Part shown: piece after piece, positions 31,440 through 44,290 of the stretch
Layout of the letters: each line of letters starts with the position of its first letter
How positions within the stretch are numbered: the first letter of the stretch is position 1
Assembly (NCBI GenBank): GCA_951406725.2
Contig: OX597822.1
Location: 72,478,001-72,542,000, forward strand
Origin: Octopus vulgaris
Lineage: Eukaryota
DNA length: 64,000 bases
Reading direction: 5' to 3'
Translations under genes and position numbers: made by a program
Notes under the pieces: generated by a model
Told to the model about the DNA's origin: nothing
The model's input: only the letters and a program-made list of their open reading frames with translations
Database searches by the model: none

Positions 31440-31487
31440 GTCTTACAGCTGTTTCTGGGATATTTTATAAACGCCTTCATCAGAGAC
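31440..31487 (-). ncRNA. Type I hammerhead ribozyme motif (stem II partly decayed)
   Basis: GTCT-CTGATGA-A-GGCGTTT-ATAAA-ATATCCC-A-GAAA-CAGCTG-TA-AGAC. Confidence 0.7.
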
Positions 31488-31729
31488 GGTGCGAGAAAAT
31501 GTTTAAATAATAGTTATTATAGAGAAAATGTGAAATACAGAGTGAAGTGCAGGAATGAAAAACAGAAGTGAGTTATGTAAGGACCTTGTATTTGCAGTTC
31601 CATTATTTAAGCAGAATGGTGCAAATACAATGTCCTTAATTACATCACGTCTGTTTTCATTCCTCCACTTCACTCTGTATTTCATATCTTCTCTATAATA
31701 ACTATTACTTAAAAACATTTTCTAGCACT

Positions 31730-31777
31730 GTCTCTGATGAGGGGATATATAAAATATCCCGGAAACAGCTGTAAGAC
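31730..31777 (+). ncRNA. Type I hammerhead ribozyme motif
   Basis: GTCT-CTGATGA-G-GGGATAT-ATAAA-ATATCCC-G-GAAA-CAGCTG-TA-AGAC: stem I GTCT/AGAC, 7-bp stem II, palindromic stem III, GUA cleavage triplet. Confidence 0.85.
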
Positions 31778-32244
31778 TTTCTCTTTATAAATGTTCTGAA
31801 AACTATACACAGCCTTGGATTTTCTTTTTATCTCATTCTGTTAATTTGTTATATATATATATGCTAATACACGACCTACGTTGGACTCTTCTCCGTATCA
31901 TTATAGAAACCTGGAGCTTAACTGTCCATAGCACATAATCAGCATTACTTGACACCTTTGAGTCTTCTTGACACCAATACATCTCATACCCTATATATAT
32001 ATATATATACACGCTTAGGCGCATGCAGCAGAAGACACGGATACACACACATACATACATACATATATGCATGCGGGTTTTTGCAATATATATATATTCA
32101 CTCCGAGTTTCGCGTTGCCTTTTGCAAAAACAATATTTTGAAAGTAAAATATATTCTGTAAAACGGTAATCCGAAACTCACAGCAAAATACTCTTTTTCA
32201 ATTAAAATGAAAAAAAAAGAAAAACGAATCCTATCACGTTCTTC

Positions 32245-32316
<72 letters not shown>

Positions 32317-32331
32317 CAGGGAGAGAGAGAG

Positions 32332-32362
<31 letters not shown>

Positions 32363-32651
32363 TGTATAGATATAGATATGTATGCATATATCTTTCTATC
32401 TATCCATCTATCTATATACATATATGAATACATTTTAGTGAGGGAAAAACTTGTGAATATATGTGTGTATGTATGTATATATGATAAATGCATGTATACA
32501 TATATGCATGCATGCATAGATGTATGTATTCATATATGTACGTATGCATGTATATATACATGTATGTATGAGCATATATTTTTTTTTGAATTGATACACA
32601 CCATCACACAGGCATTTTTACAAGCATATCTATATTTCATTCTATATATAC

Positions 32652-32693
<42 letters not shown>

Positions 32694-33599
32694 CTATATA
32701 TATATATATATATATAAAATATGCACATATATATAAATAGGATTATGCGTGTATAAGGGTGGTAGGTGTTTATTATTGTCTATCTATTGTAACATTTATG
32801 AATCTTTTCGATTTAATGTTTTATTGACCTGAAATTCCCCATTTCTTCAAAGAGAACTTTCTCGTTTCGACATAATCCAGACACAATGGATGCCAGTGTA
32901 CGCAACGATGCGATGAAAAATGTATTTCAAAAGTAAAAGATGCGTAGACGTTTTTGAAATAGTAAAACTCCTTATGCTAATTCAATTACGAGTTATTGAA
33001 TTATTGATAATATTGATATTTACAACATTCTGCACACAGGAAATACCCAAGACAGAGTATTTTATATATACTTACATACCCCATAGTTCCACAGCCTATT
33101 TTACTGAAGCTCATCATACTGAGTTCGTCTACCTCTGTTTGATGTGTGCGACAAGAAAAATAAAATAATACTTCAAGCGTAAGAGGATGAACGAATATCT
33201 TGTGAATATAAATTCATAGTTAAAACCATAGAAGCAATTTAAAGTAAATATTTTTTTCAGTAAAATCGAATGGTAGGCGCTATGTTGTGCATTTGGTATA
33301 GCTGTAGAACAATATTCAATAGTTCTGAAATTCGAGTTCAGTTAGTAGCCTATGAATTTTTCTGTTTTATGTTGATGCGTGTAATTCTATGAAATCCAAT
33401 TGGGGTGGATTCGTAGAATCGTCAGAGCGTCAGTACACAATACAATGCGGTATCTACGTACCACACATTATGTGGTGATATCACATTTCCTCAGTGTCTT
33501 CGAAATAAAGTATCAATCTGATATAATAATGTATAATATGAATTTACTACTCACCTTCAAAATTGACAGCCTTGTGTCTAAATCGGAATCAACGTTTGT

Positions 33600-34160
33600 A
33601 AGCAAATCTCAAGAGACTTGAACAACAGAAGGTCTCCAGAGAAGAGTTCCCCATCTCCACCACTCGCAGTGAAGTGTTTCAGCCTTTATCTTCTTAGGCG
33701 GTAAGGGGGCTGGCCCGCATCCAGGTTATGACTTCCTCTAACACTTTTTAGCCAGTTGTATATTGGAGATTTGTGCAATTAAACATCCCGGAGAGTTTAT
33801 CACTCAGCTTTCAAACATTTTCTTATTAAACTGTTATATGTTATTTTAGTTAGCAGAGATGATGTCTTGAGGCTTGGTTAGAACACGTCTCCTCAAATCT
33901 GAAGCATCATACTTAGGATTCTTGCACAGGAAGGATTGTCCTCTTAGTCATCCACAATCTCTTCAGCTCCCCTAATATTTCTCATGTTTTCGATTTCTTT
34001 GGTATCCATCCTCCTATCACATGGGATTGCAAGGTCTGTTGTCTCATAATGTTTCTTTTATCCTCTAAAATCATAATTGATCTTGCTTCAACAATACGGC
34101 GAGTTTTTATGGGAAATCCCATAAAATCCCGTAATAACTCCTCTCTGTCACAGTTTCTGC
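33600..34160 (-). mobile_element. Decayed R4/Dong-clade LINE 3' part (restriction-like endonuclease domain and UTR)
   Basis: Minus-strand translation GILWDFP, RRIVEAR, TDLAIPCDRRMDTKEIE, ELKRLW resembles ILWDF..QTD..IEARRPD..IDIAIPGD..KE..K..ELKRLW; abuts (ATT)n; 3' boundary approximate. Confidence 0.7.
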
Positions 34161-34167
34161 TTCGTGT

Positions 34168-34169
<2 letters not shown>

Positions 34170-34222
<53 letters not shown>

Positions 34223-34235
34223 CATTATTATTATT

Positions 34236-34307
<72 letters not shown>

Positions 34308-34315
34308 GTTATTGT
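34170..34315. repeat. (ATT)n microsatellite
   Basis: Direct reading. Confidence 0.97.
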
Positions 34316-34324
34316 ATAATGCGG

Positions 34325-34805
34325 AAGGCGGCGAGGTCGTAGAATCTTTAGAGCGCCGGACAAATGCTTGGCGGCATTTCGTGCGTCTTTACATACTGAG
34401 TTCAAATTCCACCGAGGATGACCTTGCCTTTTATCCTTTCAGGGCCGATAGAATACAGGGCTGACAGAATAAGTACCAGTCGAGCACTGAAATCGATGTA
34501 ATCGACTAGCCCCATACCCCCCAAATTTCAGGCCTTGTGCCTATAGTAGAAAAGATTATTATTGCTGTTGTTGCTGTTTTTGTTGTTGTTGTCGTTCTGT
34601 AAGGCGGCGGGCTGGCAGAACAGTCGGCACACCGAATAAAAGGTTTCGCAGCACTTCTGCTTGTATACTCCGAGTTCAAATTCCACCGAGTTTGACACTG
34701 TCTGTCTTCATTTAGGGGTCGAGTAACCGTTTCGAATAATGGGATCACTGTAATTCAGATGCTCCTGTCCTCAAAAACTCTTGGCCATGTGCTAAAATTT
34801 GAAAC
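34325..34805 (+). mobile_element. Two diverged SINE A copies
   Basis: AAGGCGGCG heads at 34325 and 34601, GAGTTCAAATTCCACCGAG, tail CAAATTTCAGGCCTTGTGCCTATAGTAGAAA. Confidence 0.75.
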
Positions 34806-34824
34806 CTGTATTATTGTTGTTGTT

Positions 34825-34881
<57 letters not shown>

Positions 34882-35699
34882 GCTTTTGTTGTGTTTGAAG
34901 GAGTATGATGTTGTTTTTGCGCCACATAAGTTATCATTAGGTTTTGGTGTTTTGAAAAAAAATATGGTTTTTGTTGTTCCATGGTTTTAGTGAACCAGCC
35001 AGCATCCTCTGAGGTTAGCTGTATTTATGAAATTTTTGTCCCTTTTAGGGAAATGCCCAGAGTAAAAAATAAAACCAATATGTCTTCGCAAACCAAGGGG
35101 ACAGTCAGCTGTTCCAATATCCAATACATTTTCAGTTTCCCACAACTATCTTCTTTCAGTGAATGTATGAACAACAATAACAATATTATCAACAAAAATA
35201 CAGGCGAAGACTATAGAAATAATAAAAATAATAATAAATGTGAAAGCAACACTATTTCTACCATCAGTGCCGGCCGAAAGCACAACAATAATAATGAACT
35301 TGAAAATAAAACAAAAACAACAAAAATCCCCAATAAACATGAAAAGAACATGAAAAATAGAAATAACTATTGACTCAGCAGATTTGATCATTCCACCTCC
35401 GCCAACACTAACACTATTAACAGCAACACGGATAAAAATCAAGACGCCGCATTTAACACATCCAAAGCTACAACGGGTTTGCACACGCTTCGCAACTGTA
35501 GGAAATAATTTGATTATCGTTTCAAGAATTTTAAATTATCAAAATTCTTGTTTACGAGTTCTGGCTGAAACGTTGAACTAAACATTTCAGACTCCATCCG
35601 ACGAGAAACCAATCTGGAAACTGTAATATATAATTCGATAGGTGTAAAAAAAATGAAAATAAAACCAGCAACATAGGAACACACATAGAATTGCTTAGA

Positions 35700-37270
35700 C
35701 TAAGACTGATTTGGGACATCAGAAATTATATCGATTACGGCATTTTACCGTAAGGTTCCCGACGGAGGATATGAGTAGGAAGAATCCCACAGCAACATTA
35801 CAGAGTGAAAAACAAGTACTCATACCAACCATCCTTAAGCGTAGAGTAGAAAGATAAAGGTAGACGATGTACCTCAAAAAGTAAACATCTCTTGGTTTGT
35901 GACGACGGCTGTCTTCGATACAGAGATCAGAACTAACTTTCCGCAGATTCAAAATTAGTCGGGCCAGAAGATAAATGTATGAATCCAAACGTATCAAGAA
36001 GTATAGAATCCACTTCAGACCTAATCGATCACCTAGGTGGTACAAACCTACGTGACCACTGAGGACAGAAAGCCTCTATGTTACTCAGAAGTGAGCAAAG
36101 AGAAAACTATCCCTGAAAGACCAGTTGAAGTGCCGAACGCTTACATCGCATCCAACCTCTATTGCCGCCTTGGACTCTGTTCACATCTGAACATACTGGA
36201 GGGACTCTTCCTTCTCTATCATTGGAACGCACGCGTTCCAGTAGTCAGAAGGCCCATTTGTGAGAAGCACGTTGAGTGAAGGGCTGGGTAAGCCATGGTA
36301 AAGGATGGTTAAGCCATGGTAAAGGATGGTTAAGCCATGGTTAAGACAGGTGCTGAGGCTACAACACTTCTAGTAACTCCTTAACGGAGAACAAGTGTGG
36401 CTACCTTTTGTCAGATGTGTTTTCCCAGCTCGTCTCTTAAAGAGAGCTGCACTCCTAGGTCACGTTAAGACCGAGAGAAGGATTAGCGCCCGAAATATCG
36501 TCAGCGTTCACAACTCTCTCCCATTCAACAAATTCGATTGGTAGAAATTCTATGATCGGCTTCTATAGGCGATTAGTGGTGGGTAAACGCGATAACATTT
36601 TAGGAAAACCGTGAAATTGGCAAAAATTAAATGGCTAATCTGTTCTAGACCTATTAACGCCCAACGGATAATATCCAAAAATCTCCAGAAATCTCCATGC
36701 GGCAATGGAGATGATTCGAGATAAATTCCATAGGTAGGGAAGTGCACTCAGTTAGACCAATTCGAGATGCACGCAGAATGAAGAAACCGTTTTTCACGCT
36801 TCCATCCAGTGCTCGAGAATTTCTGAGTGGTGAGTTTTGTAGAACACCATCTATCACGTATAGGATAGATTATGCTATAAGATGTGTCCATTTTGAAGAT
36901 CACACTACAGCCTTCCTTTGGCTGGGAAGAACAGATAATATTCATCAGACTGATAGCCATAGCGTAAGGGGTCGTATGTTTGACGGGGAAGAAAGGGCTG
37001 AAGACAGAAAGTTTCCTCCTTAATATTTTCGAATTCTCATCAAGATTTTCAAGTTTTTCTTGAAAAGGAAACTGCGAGTGTAGAGGGAAAGTGCTGCCTT
37101 CAGGCAAATGTCTTGACAGATGGATGAGAGGAGCAAGCTTATCCAGAATGAAGGGTCGTACTTCGAGCACCTGCTTTAGATGAGAGGAACACTGAATGGG
37201 TAGAGAGTAGGGCAGTTGCTTAAGTGGTGAGGGTGACCGTGGGTTTTGCGGTTTCAACGGATCGCTCTTA
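35700..37270 (-). mobile_element. Possible ancient LINE remnant (CR1/Zenon-like)
   Basis: GC-richer island with long broken minus-strand frames and weak APE/RT-like words (SSQPKEGCSV, VHFPTY, RDLGVQLS); contains a 20-bp tandem AAGCCATGGTAAAGGATGGT at 36290-36345. Confidence 0.3.
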
Positions 37271-37634
37271 GAAGCCTCTTATCTGTTTTGGAATTCGCTT
37301 TTTTAAAATTCTAAGCCTCCTGCATTATTTCTGTTGTAAATTGATGTACATGTGCAAACTCCTGTGTGATTTTAATGCAATCTTTTGCAGCTAAGAAATA
37401 TTGCTACTATAATTAACAAGACATCGAGTAGAAATGAAAGCGCGTCGTACAAATGTTTAACGTCACTTTTTCTGTCTTTTAACTTTCTAAGATCAAATTC
37501 TGCCGAAGTCGGCCTTACCGTTGATCCTTATTTTATCGATATTGATAAAAATCGGATCAGTCAAATATTGAGGTTGATGGTATCGACAAAGCTTCTCGTC
37601 TCAAAAATATTGGCCTTGTATAAATGTACGAGAC

Positions 37635-37743
<109 letters not shown>

Positions 37744-38295
37744 GAGTGAGAGAGCAGTTCATGTTATCAAAGTGACACTGGGGTAAAATATACAAAGCCC
37801 AATATACCCATCATGACTACCCGTCTGATAAAGGTACACCAGGCACATGCATCACAACCATGTGCGCGACATGGTGATCTCATATCAAGATAAACACCAC
37901 ATGACCTTGCAGGTGGAGCCCAGTTAGAATTTTCTTCAGGTTGAGTAGCCCATCCCGCTCAAAAGGTCCCTGAATAAGGGTTGTTTAAGGATGTTGAAAG
38001 AACCACCCATGTTTCCAGAGGTGAACTATTCAAACCCCAAAGAATCCCTCTCAACACATGGCTATGATGCTCCCCCACTACTTCTGCTCGTGATCAGAGA
38101 TGCACATATCGTCAGCCACTAAGGGACATGCTCAACTGGTTAAGGTCAAACAACTGACAAGCAAATCTGTGGTATTGAGCAGAATATTTGCTGTAGCCCA
38201 TATTTTATACCAAGACAAAACAATGTACATGATAACACTTCCAATCAGTTAAGATCAGAAGCCATGAGAGCAACTGCCTGGTACTGCATCAGGGC
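37744..38295 (-). mobile_element. About 550-bp interspersed element inserted inside an (ATT)n/(TAA)n array
   Basis: Pure (ATT)n on both sides; partial second copy at 5700-5822. Confidence 0.75.
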
Positions 38296-38373
<78 letters not shown>

Positions 38374-38481
38374 CATTGTTATATTTCTTGCCAAGTCGAC
38401 TTTTTCGGACAGTGATAATTATGGACATTTCATATGTGCAAGGTGAATTAAAAGTTTTGTTCACTTAAATTATTTGCACGA

Positions 38482-38571
38482 AACTTTGGAACGTTTTTTC
38501 ATTTTATTTTATACGGAAGTAAAACAAAAATATAGACTTTTAAAAAAATATATTTCGTGCTTGCTTCGCAG

Positions 38572-38637
<66 letters not shown>

Positions 38638-38729
38638 ATGTACCTGCGAAGCAAGCACGAAATATTTTTTTTAAAGTCTATATTTTTGTTTTACTTCCGT
38701 ATAAAATAAAATGAAAAAACGTTCCAAAG

Positions 38730-38731
<2 letters not shown>
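38482..38731. repeat. Near-perfect inverted repeat (about 95-bp arms) around a (TA)n spacer
   Basis: AACTTTGGAACG...CGCAGGTACAT / ATGTACCTGCG...CGTTCCAAAGTT, followed by (TA)n. Confidence 0.9.
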
Positions 38732-38768
<37 letters not shown>

Positions 38769-39730
38769 TGATATTTTTTTGCAAAAACATCAACTTGTGC
38801 TATAATAATAATATCCGCGAATATAGAGAAATAAAAGTATGTTGACATTCTGCCACGCACACAAATAAACAAAGAAAAATTAGCATAGACGAGCGTACCA
38901 AGTAGAATTTTTATTTTGACAGATGTAAAAATCACATTTTTAAGAGAAAACATTAAAAACAAATACAGTAAGATCATTTTAAATTATACAGTAAACAATA
39001 AAAAATAGCAATCACAATAAAACACAGTTTGCCAAGTGAAAAGTTTGAAAGTAATGACGTCATTACAGATGAGATTTGATTTTCTCTGGTATAAAGTCAA
39101 GTAGAAACCTTGGAGATAAGGGATCAATTTAAAAAGGAGTTGTGTAGGGTCTTATACCACACGAGACAAAGTCTCGTTACCGTAAGTAGAATGGTGGAGA
39201 AAGTGGAAATTTATTTGTGCTGATTAAAATACACTAGGGACTTTTAATTATTCTCGTCCGGAATAAGTGCAACAGTACACATGGTGAAATATAAGTTTCT
39301 CGTTTGTGCGCAGTAGGGGTTATGTAAATGCCTGCTTGAACTTTAATAAAAGTCTGATTTAAACAAAGCTGAAATAATGAGGCAAAAATCCGTATGTACT
39401 TTAGTGATCAAGTACTTTCGGCAGAGAATTACAATGGTGCTTATAAAGAGCGTCAAAAATGGTATAAATTCGTTTCGCACCTTTGAAGCTCAGAATTTGT
39501 ATTTAATTAGGACAGAGGTAACGAGAGGCAATATGCTATCAAGAATGGTCGGAGTGCACTGATAATGCCTTACGACTCTGCTTAAATGATAAGGCTATTT
39601 CAGAATTCAGGTCTTCTTAGATAGCTGTATCAAAATATTGATGATGTAGGGCAGAACTTTTGTTGTAACATTTGTGGTACCTTAAACTATTTGAACATTT
39701 TCTGTGCCACCAGAAGTTCGAAAGGCAGAG

Positions 39731-39778
<48 letters not shown>

Positions 39779-40217
39779 AGGGAGAGGGACGGGATGATTG
39801 CAAGAAGTCTGAGTATTCTCTCCTAAAAGCACTGTCAGGTGCAACGTCTAATCGGTTGAATATTTGACTCATCTTCAGTCATAGAAACCGAAGTAAAAGA
39901 GGCAAGAAAACAGGAAGTTTGGTGAGCGGGTGGAAATGCAGGGAAACAAGAGAAGCTTTACTTCTAGAGTGTGCATTAAAATAAATAAGCAAATTAATAA
40001 ATGAAATAGATCAAATTTACCCATCCATCACTAGGTATAAGTCCGTAGTGCGACACAACAAATGTATATAGTTTTAAAGTTTTTCAGAAGAAATCTGAAA
40101 ATATACCACGAAATCAGATTACAGTATGCGGAGTAGTGTATTCAACTTCCACCGTCGTAACATTGTTTTTACCTCTTCGTAGTTGCACCACACAAGTACT
40201 ACACGAGTACTGGGTTT

Positions 40218-40696
40218 GGACTCTTCAGTTTGGCTCACAGATTAAAACATTCTTTTTTTTTAACTAAACAGTTTGAAACTTCGGATGCTGGTGTAATTGC
40301 TCACGCCGAACACGGTTTACTTTCAACAGTTTTGACAAAATTTAATTTTTTTTAAGTAACCTCCCCCCCCAAAAAAAACAGCAAAATAAACGTTTAATAT
40401 GCTACAGGCAGTAAACAAAAATAAAATAGAACAGAGTGGTGACATTTAGTAGAGATGACCCGAAAGTTGTTGCACTTTGATTACTATCGCCATCAGCATT
40501 AGGTTTCTTCAGCTGAATACACGTTACCCAAATAAGACAACTTTAACACGAAATAACTTTTAAAATACGAAATTTTGTCAAAAATGTTGTAAGTAAACCG
40601 TGTTCAGCATGAGAAATTATACCAGAATACGAAGTTTGAAAAGGTTTGGTTAAAAGAAAATAATTAAAAAATCTGTTAGCCAAACTGAAGAGTTCC
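40218..40696. mobile_element. MITE with long imperfect TIRs (about 125 bp)
   Basis: ACTCTTCAGTTTGGCT...AACACGGTTTACTT...TTTGACAAAATTT mirrored by AATTTTGTCAAAA...AAGTAAACCGTGTT...AGCCAAACTGAAGAGT. Confidence 0.75.
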
Positions 40697-40969
40697 TTGA
40701 GGCCGATATAACAAACTAACACTCTTTGATATTGTGGTTTAACCTTATGGTTTAATTGGGATCACGTATCTTTCATCACCAATATATCGATAAAATGAAG
40801 TACCAGTGAATTTTCCAAATTTTAGGCCATGGTCATATATTTCAGTGGGGGAAGCAGACAGTTTAATGCTTAGATTTTGTCCAGTGAAAATAGCTTTTAT
40901 TGAATTTGAACCCACTTTTCAGTGACATTCTAGTATCTTAAGTATTTCTCTGCTATTTATATCTTAAAT

Positions 40970-41220
40970 AATAGTACATTTTAAGTAATTGTATATTTGA
41001 AATAATAGTAGATTTTATTTCGTTTTTGGATTTGATTTGCAAGATTCTTTATGTCAGTTCGCGTGTTGAAGCATATTCTATTGTGTCTGGGGGAGAGTCA
41101 TTTTCTTTTTGTGCCTTATAATATAATATAAGAAATATGTGGAAATTTTACCGGTGAGTGTGAAAAATTATAAGGCACAAAAAGAAAGTGACTCTCCCCA
41201 GACACAATAGTACATTTTAA
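40970..41220. mobile_element. Small insertion with 45-bp inverted repeat and 15-bp direct flanking duplication
   Basis: AATAGTACATTTTAA at 40970-40984 and 41206-41220; inverted repeat 41078-41122 / 41167-41210. Confidence 0.7.
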
Positions 41221-42650
41221 TTAAGCGAAATATATGGCTTTAATGGAAGATATAGGAGTTGTGGTATTAATGTTTCTTTTTCTTCAAATGCTATAGTAAA
41301 ATATGCAAGTTTACATTTACTTCGAATCGAAACCATTTCGAACTTTTTACTAAATTTCATTTCACCTCTAACACGATATTCAGGAGAATTAATGATACAT
41401 ATGTTATTCATTTCATCTACGTGGACCTCTCACTCTAAATATTTTTACCGCAAAAATGTTCCCTTTTTGAATAATTTTTAGTAAGAATGTAAATTCTTGA
41501 ATACTCGAGTTAATTACATTTTTATTTTGAATCATTATATATTCCGAGTATAGTTCCTGAAAAAAAAATACGTGTGATTCCCTCCGGCTATGGCCGTTAA
41601 TACCGAATATAACCATTCCCACTCCTTAAAAATCCTATTAAAGTTATCGATTTCATTTGCCTTGCAGCATTATACGTTACTGTACTGTACTGTTCTGATG
41701 TAGCTTTTCGTTATAGATAACAATGTCTCTCCCTCTAAATCTAAATTAACCAAAACAATATTTAAAAATTTAGAAGTTCATTTTCTAAGTATAACAATAT
41801 AATGATGCGAAGAACATACATTTATAAATCATATCACCTCATTCACGATTAGGCTACTTATTTTCTTTAACAATACTCCTATTGAATAGCAGGCTTCTGT
41901 ATTGATCAATAATTATCGGAAATCTTCAAAATACTACTTATATTCAGGGTTATAAATGTAGATTTAAATTTTGTTTAAAAGAATGTTTAAAGGCAATTCA
42001 GAAATATTCAAAAAGTGATAATAAGAAAAAAAATTGCAATAACTATTTTAATGAATGTATAATAATAAATCAAAGGACAACTTTATTATTAGTTGAATTA
42101 TAATGCGGAAATAATTTCAGTGTAAAAAAATAATGCTATTTTCTACATAAGTGAATATTGGCTAATTTTGTATCTATCATTAAGCAGATAATTGATAAAG
42201 TTGAAGATATTTTCCAAACGGCTGTTTCATTGATTAGATATTGAAATAGCAATATCATATCGTAATTTTATACATAAAGTAATTGCCTGTATTTTTATTA
42301 TGACAGTTTTCTCTACAGAGTGTAATTATACGGGAAATAATAACGTCAGAGCTCTGAATTATAATTTTAGTATTTATTCAAGCTAATGAATAAACATTCA
42401 TATAAGAATAGGGGTTACTTCGGCATTCATAAAAGAATTGAGGATTAGATTTGCTGTATCCATTATAATTTTTGATTCTCCGGTTCTGAGATCGACCCAA
42501 CTGTTACGATCTGTTCAAATCCCACCAAACAAACCCAACCAAATATATTTGAGCAAATATATTAGTTTTTACCCGCTAAATGAAGCAAAAATGCACTACT
42601 AAAACATTTGGAGAACGAAGCGGATGTTAGACTTAAAGAGTCACTCAATT

Positions 42651-42907
42651 TATACATTATTTACATTATTTACATTTGACGGATATTTGTCCTCCTTTTC
42701 TTTATTGTTAATACAACGTTTCGGCTGATATGCCCTCCAGGTGTCTTGGAGAAATTTCGAACCTGGGTTCTCATTCCTAAGGTATTTTCGATGTTATTAT
42801 TATTATTATTATTATTATTCAGGTCACTGCTTGGAATCGAACTCAGAATCTTGGGGTTAGTATCCCGCGATCTTAACCACTACGCCATATCCCCGTGAGC
42901 ATATAGC
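42651..42907 (-). mobile_element. tRNA-headed, hammerhead-type element, copy 1 (hammerhead core deleted)
   Basis: Colinear with 56300-56610; keeps CAGCC-GAAA-CG-TT but lacks CTGATGA. Confidence 0.8.
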
Positions 42908-43706
42908 AACTCCTTCAATTACAACACTGTCATCCAGTTGAGGCTGCATCGTATCAGAGATACAGCATGTACAGATTTGAAATGATGATTATATTTTTAA
43001 AAAAATTAAGAGTTTAAATTCTGAAAGTTATGTTCATTCCTACAAAGACTACATACAACAAGATTTGCCTTTCTTTCTTCCGTTCTAACCTACCTTTACC
43101 AAAAGCGCAATACTGAATCTAGCACTAAGAAATCTTTAGCACTAAATCTTTTTGAAAAACAGAAAAAAATGCTTCAATCTAAAGTGTAAACTGAACTTAA
43201 CAAACTTCAGAAAAGATGTTTATTCCTTGATCAGGCGTGAAGAAACGGGAGCAAGAAGAAAGGTATTCCGGCTGTAACGATGTTGTCTTTTTTTGTATAT
43301 CTAAGTCGCATCGTCCAATTTACCTTTTCTTTTCTTAATATACATTGCTTAAAGAAATATGTAGCAAGTGTGTAGCAAGTTAAATGACTGAGTAGAGGTT
43401 TATTCGGGCTTTAATTAAAGGCAGAAAATTAAAGCATACTTCAGAGAAGAAATAAATGCCTGCTTGACAAATTGATCCTTTCCCAAGAGCTTAAGACGAA
43501 TAAGGAAATAAATAGATATCTTTTTTAATACGCACTTGCTAATCACATATTGTTCCCACCGCAAAAATCCAGACGTATTAACAACAGAGATCAAAAGTTG
43601 ACACGACAAACACCATAACCTCAGTTGTTCTTCAAATAAGATGTATTTATGGTTATGACTGAATATAAAACCTCAACACTTTATCATCTGGAGAGTTTTA
43701 TATTCT

Positions 43707-44290
43707 TACTTCTTTATTACCCACAAGGGGCTAAACATAGAGGGGACAATCAAGGACGGACAAAGGGTTAAGTCAATTACATCGACCCCAGTGCGTAACT
43801 GGTACTTAACTTATCGACCCCGAAAGGATGAAAGGCAAAGTCGAACTCGGCGGAATTTGAACTCATAACGTAGCGGCAGACGAAATATCTAATTCTTTAC
43901 TACCCACAAGAGGCAAAACACAGAAAGGACAAACAAGGACGGACAAAGGGGTTAAGTCAATTACATCGACCCCAGTGCGTAACTGGTACTTAATTTATCG
44001 ACCCCGAAAGGATGAAAGGCAAAGACGACCTCGGCGGAATTTGAACTCAGAACGTAGCGGCAGATGAAATACCTAATTCTTTACTACCCACAGAGAGGAC
44101 AAACAAGGGCAGACGAACGGATTAAGTCGATTATATCGACCCCAGTGCGTAACTAGTGCTTTATTTATCGACCCCGAAAGGATGAAAGGCAAAGTCGACC
44201 CCGGCGGAATTTGAACTCAGAACGTAGCGGCAGACGAAATACTGCTAAGCATTTCGCCCGGCGTGCTAACGTTTCTTCCAGCTCGCCGCC
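43707..44290 (-). mobile_element. SINE A concatemer: one head plus three tandem bodies, inside a 19-bp TSD
   Basis: Three units of about 170-180 bp; CTGGAGAGTTTTATATTCT at 43688-43706 and 44314-44332. Confidence 0.9.

Larger units (their letters stand above)
31373..31848. mobile_element. Fold-back element (inverted Penelope-like pLTRs) flanked by (TA)n
   Basis: Palindrome of about 475 bp centred near 31608, with a hammerhead in each arm. Confidence 0.88.

Noticed and set aside
38640-38665. CTGCGAAGCAAGCACGAAATAT as hammerhead
   Set aside because: Core one base short and no stem I/III pairing
40686-40696. CTGAAGA
   Set aside because: Part of a MITE TIR; no downstream ribozyme elements
43707-44290. 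CRISPR-like regular repeats
   Set aside because: Whole 170-180 bp units repeat with no unique spacers; eukaryotic SINE concatemer
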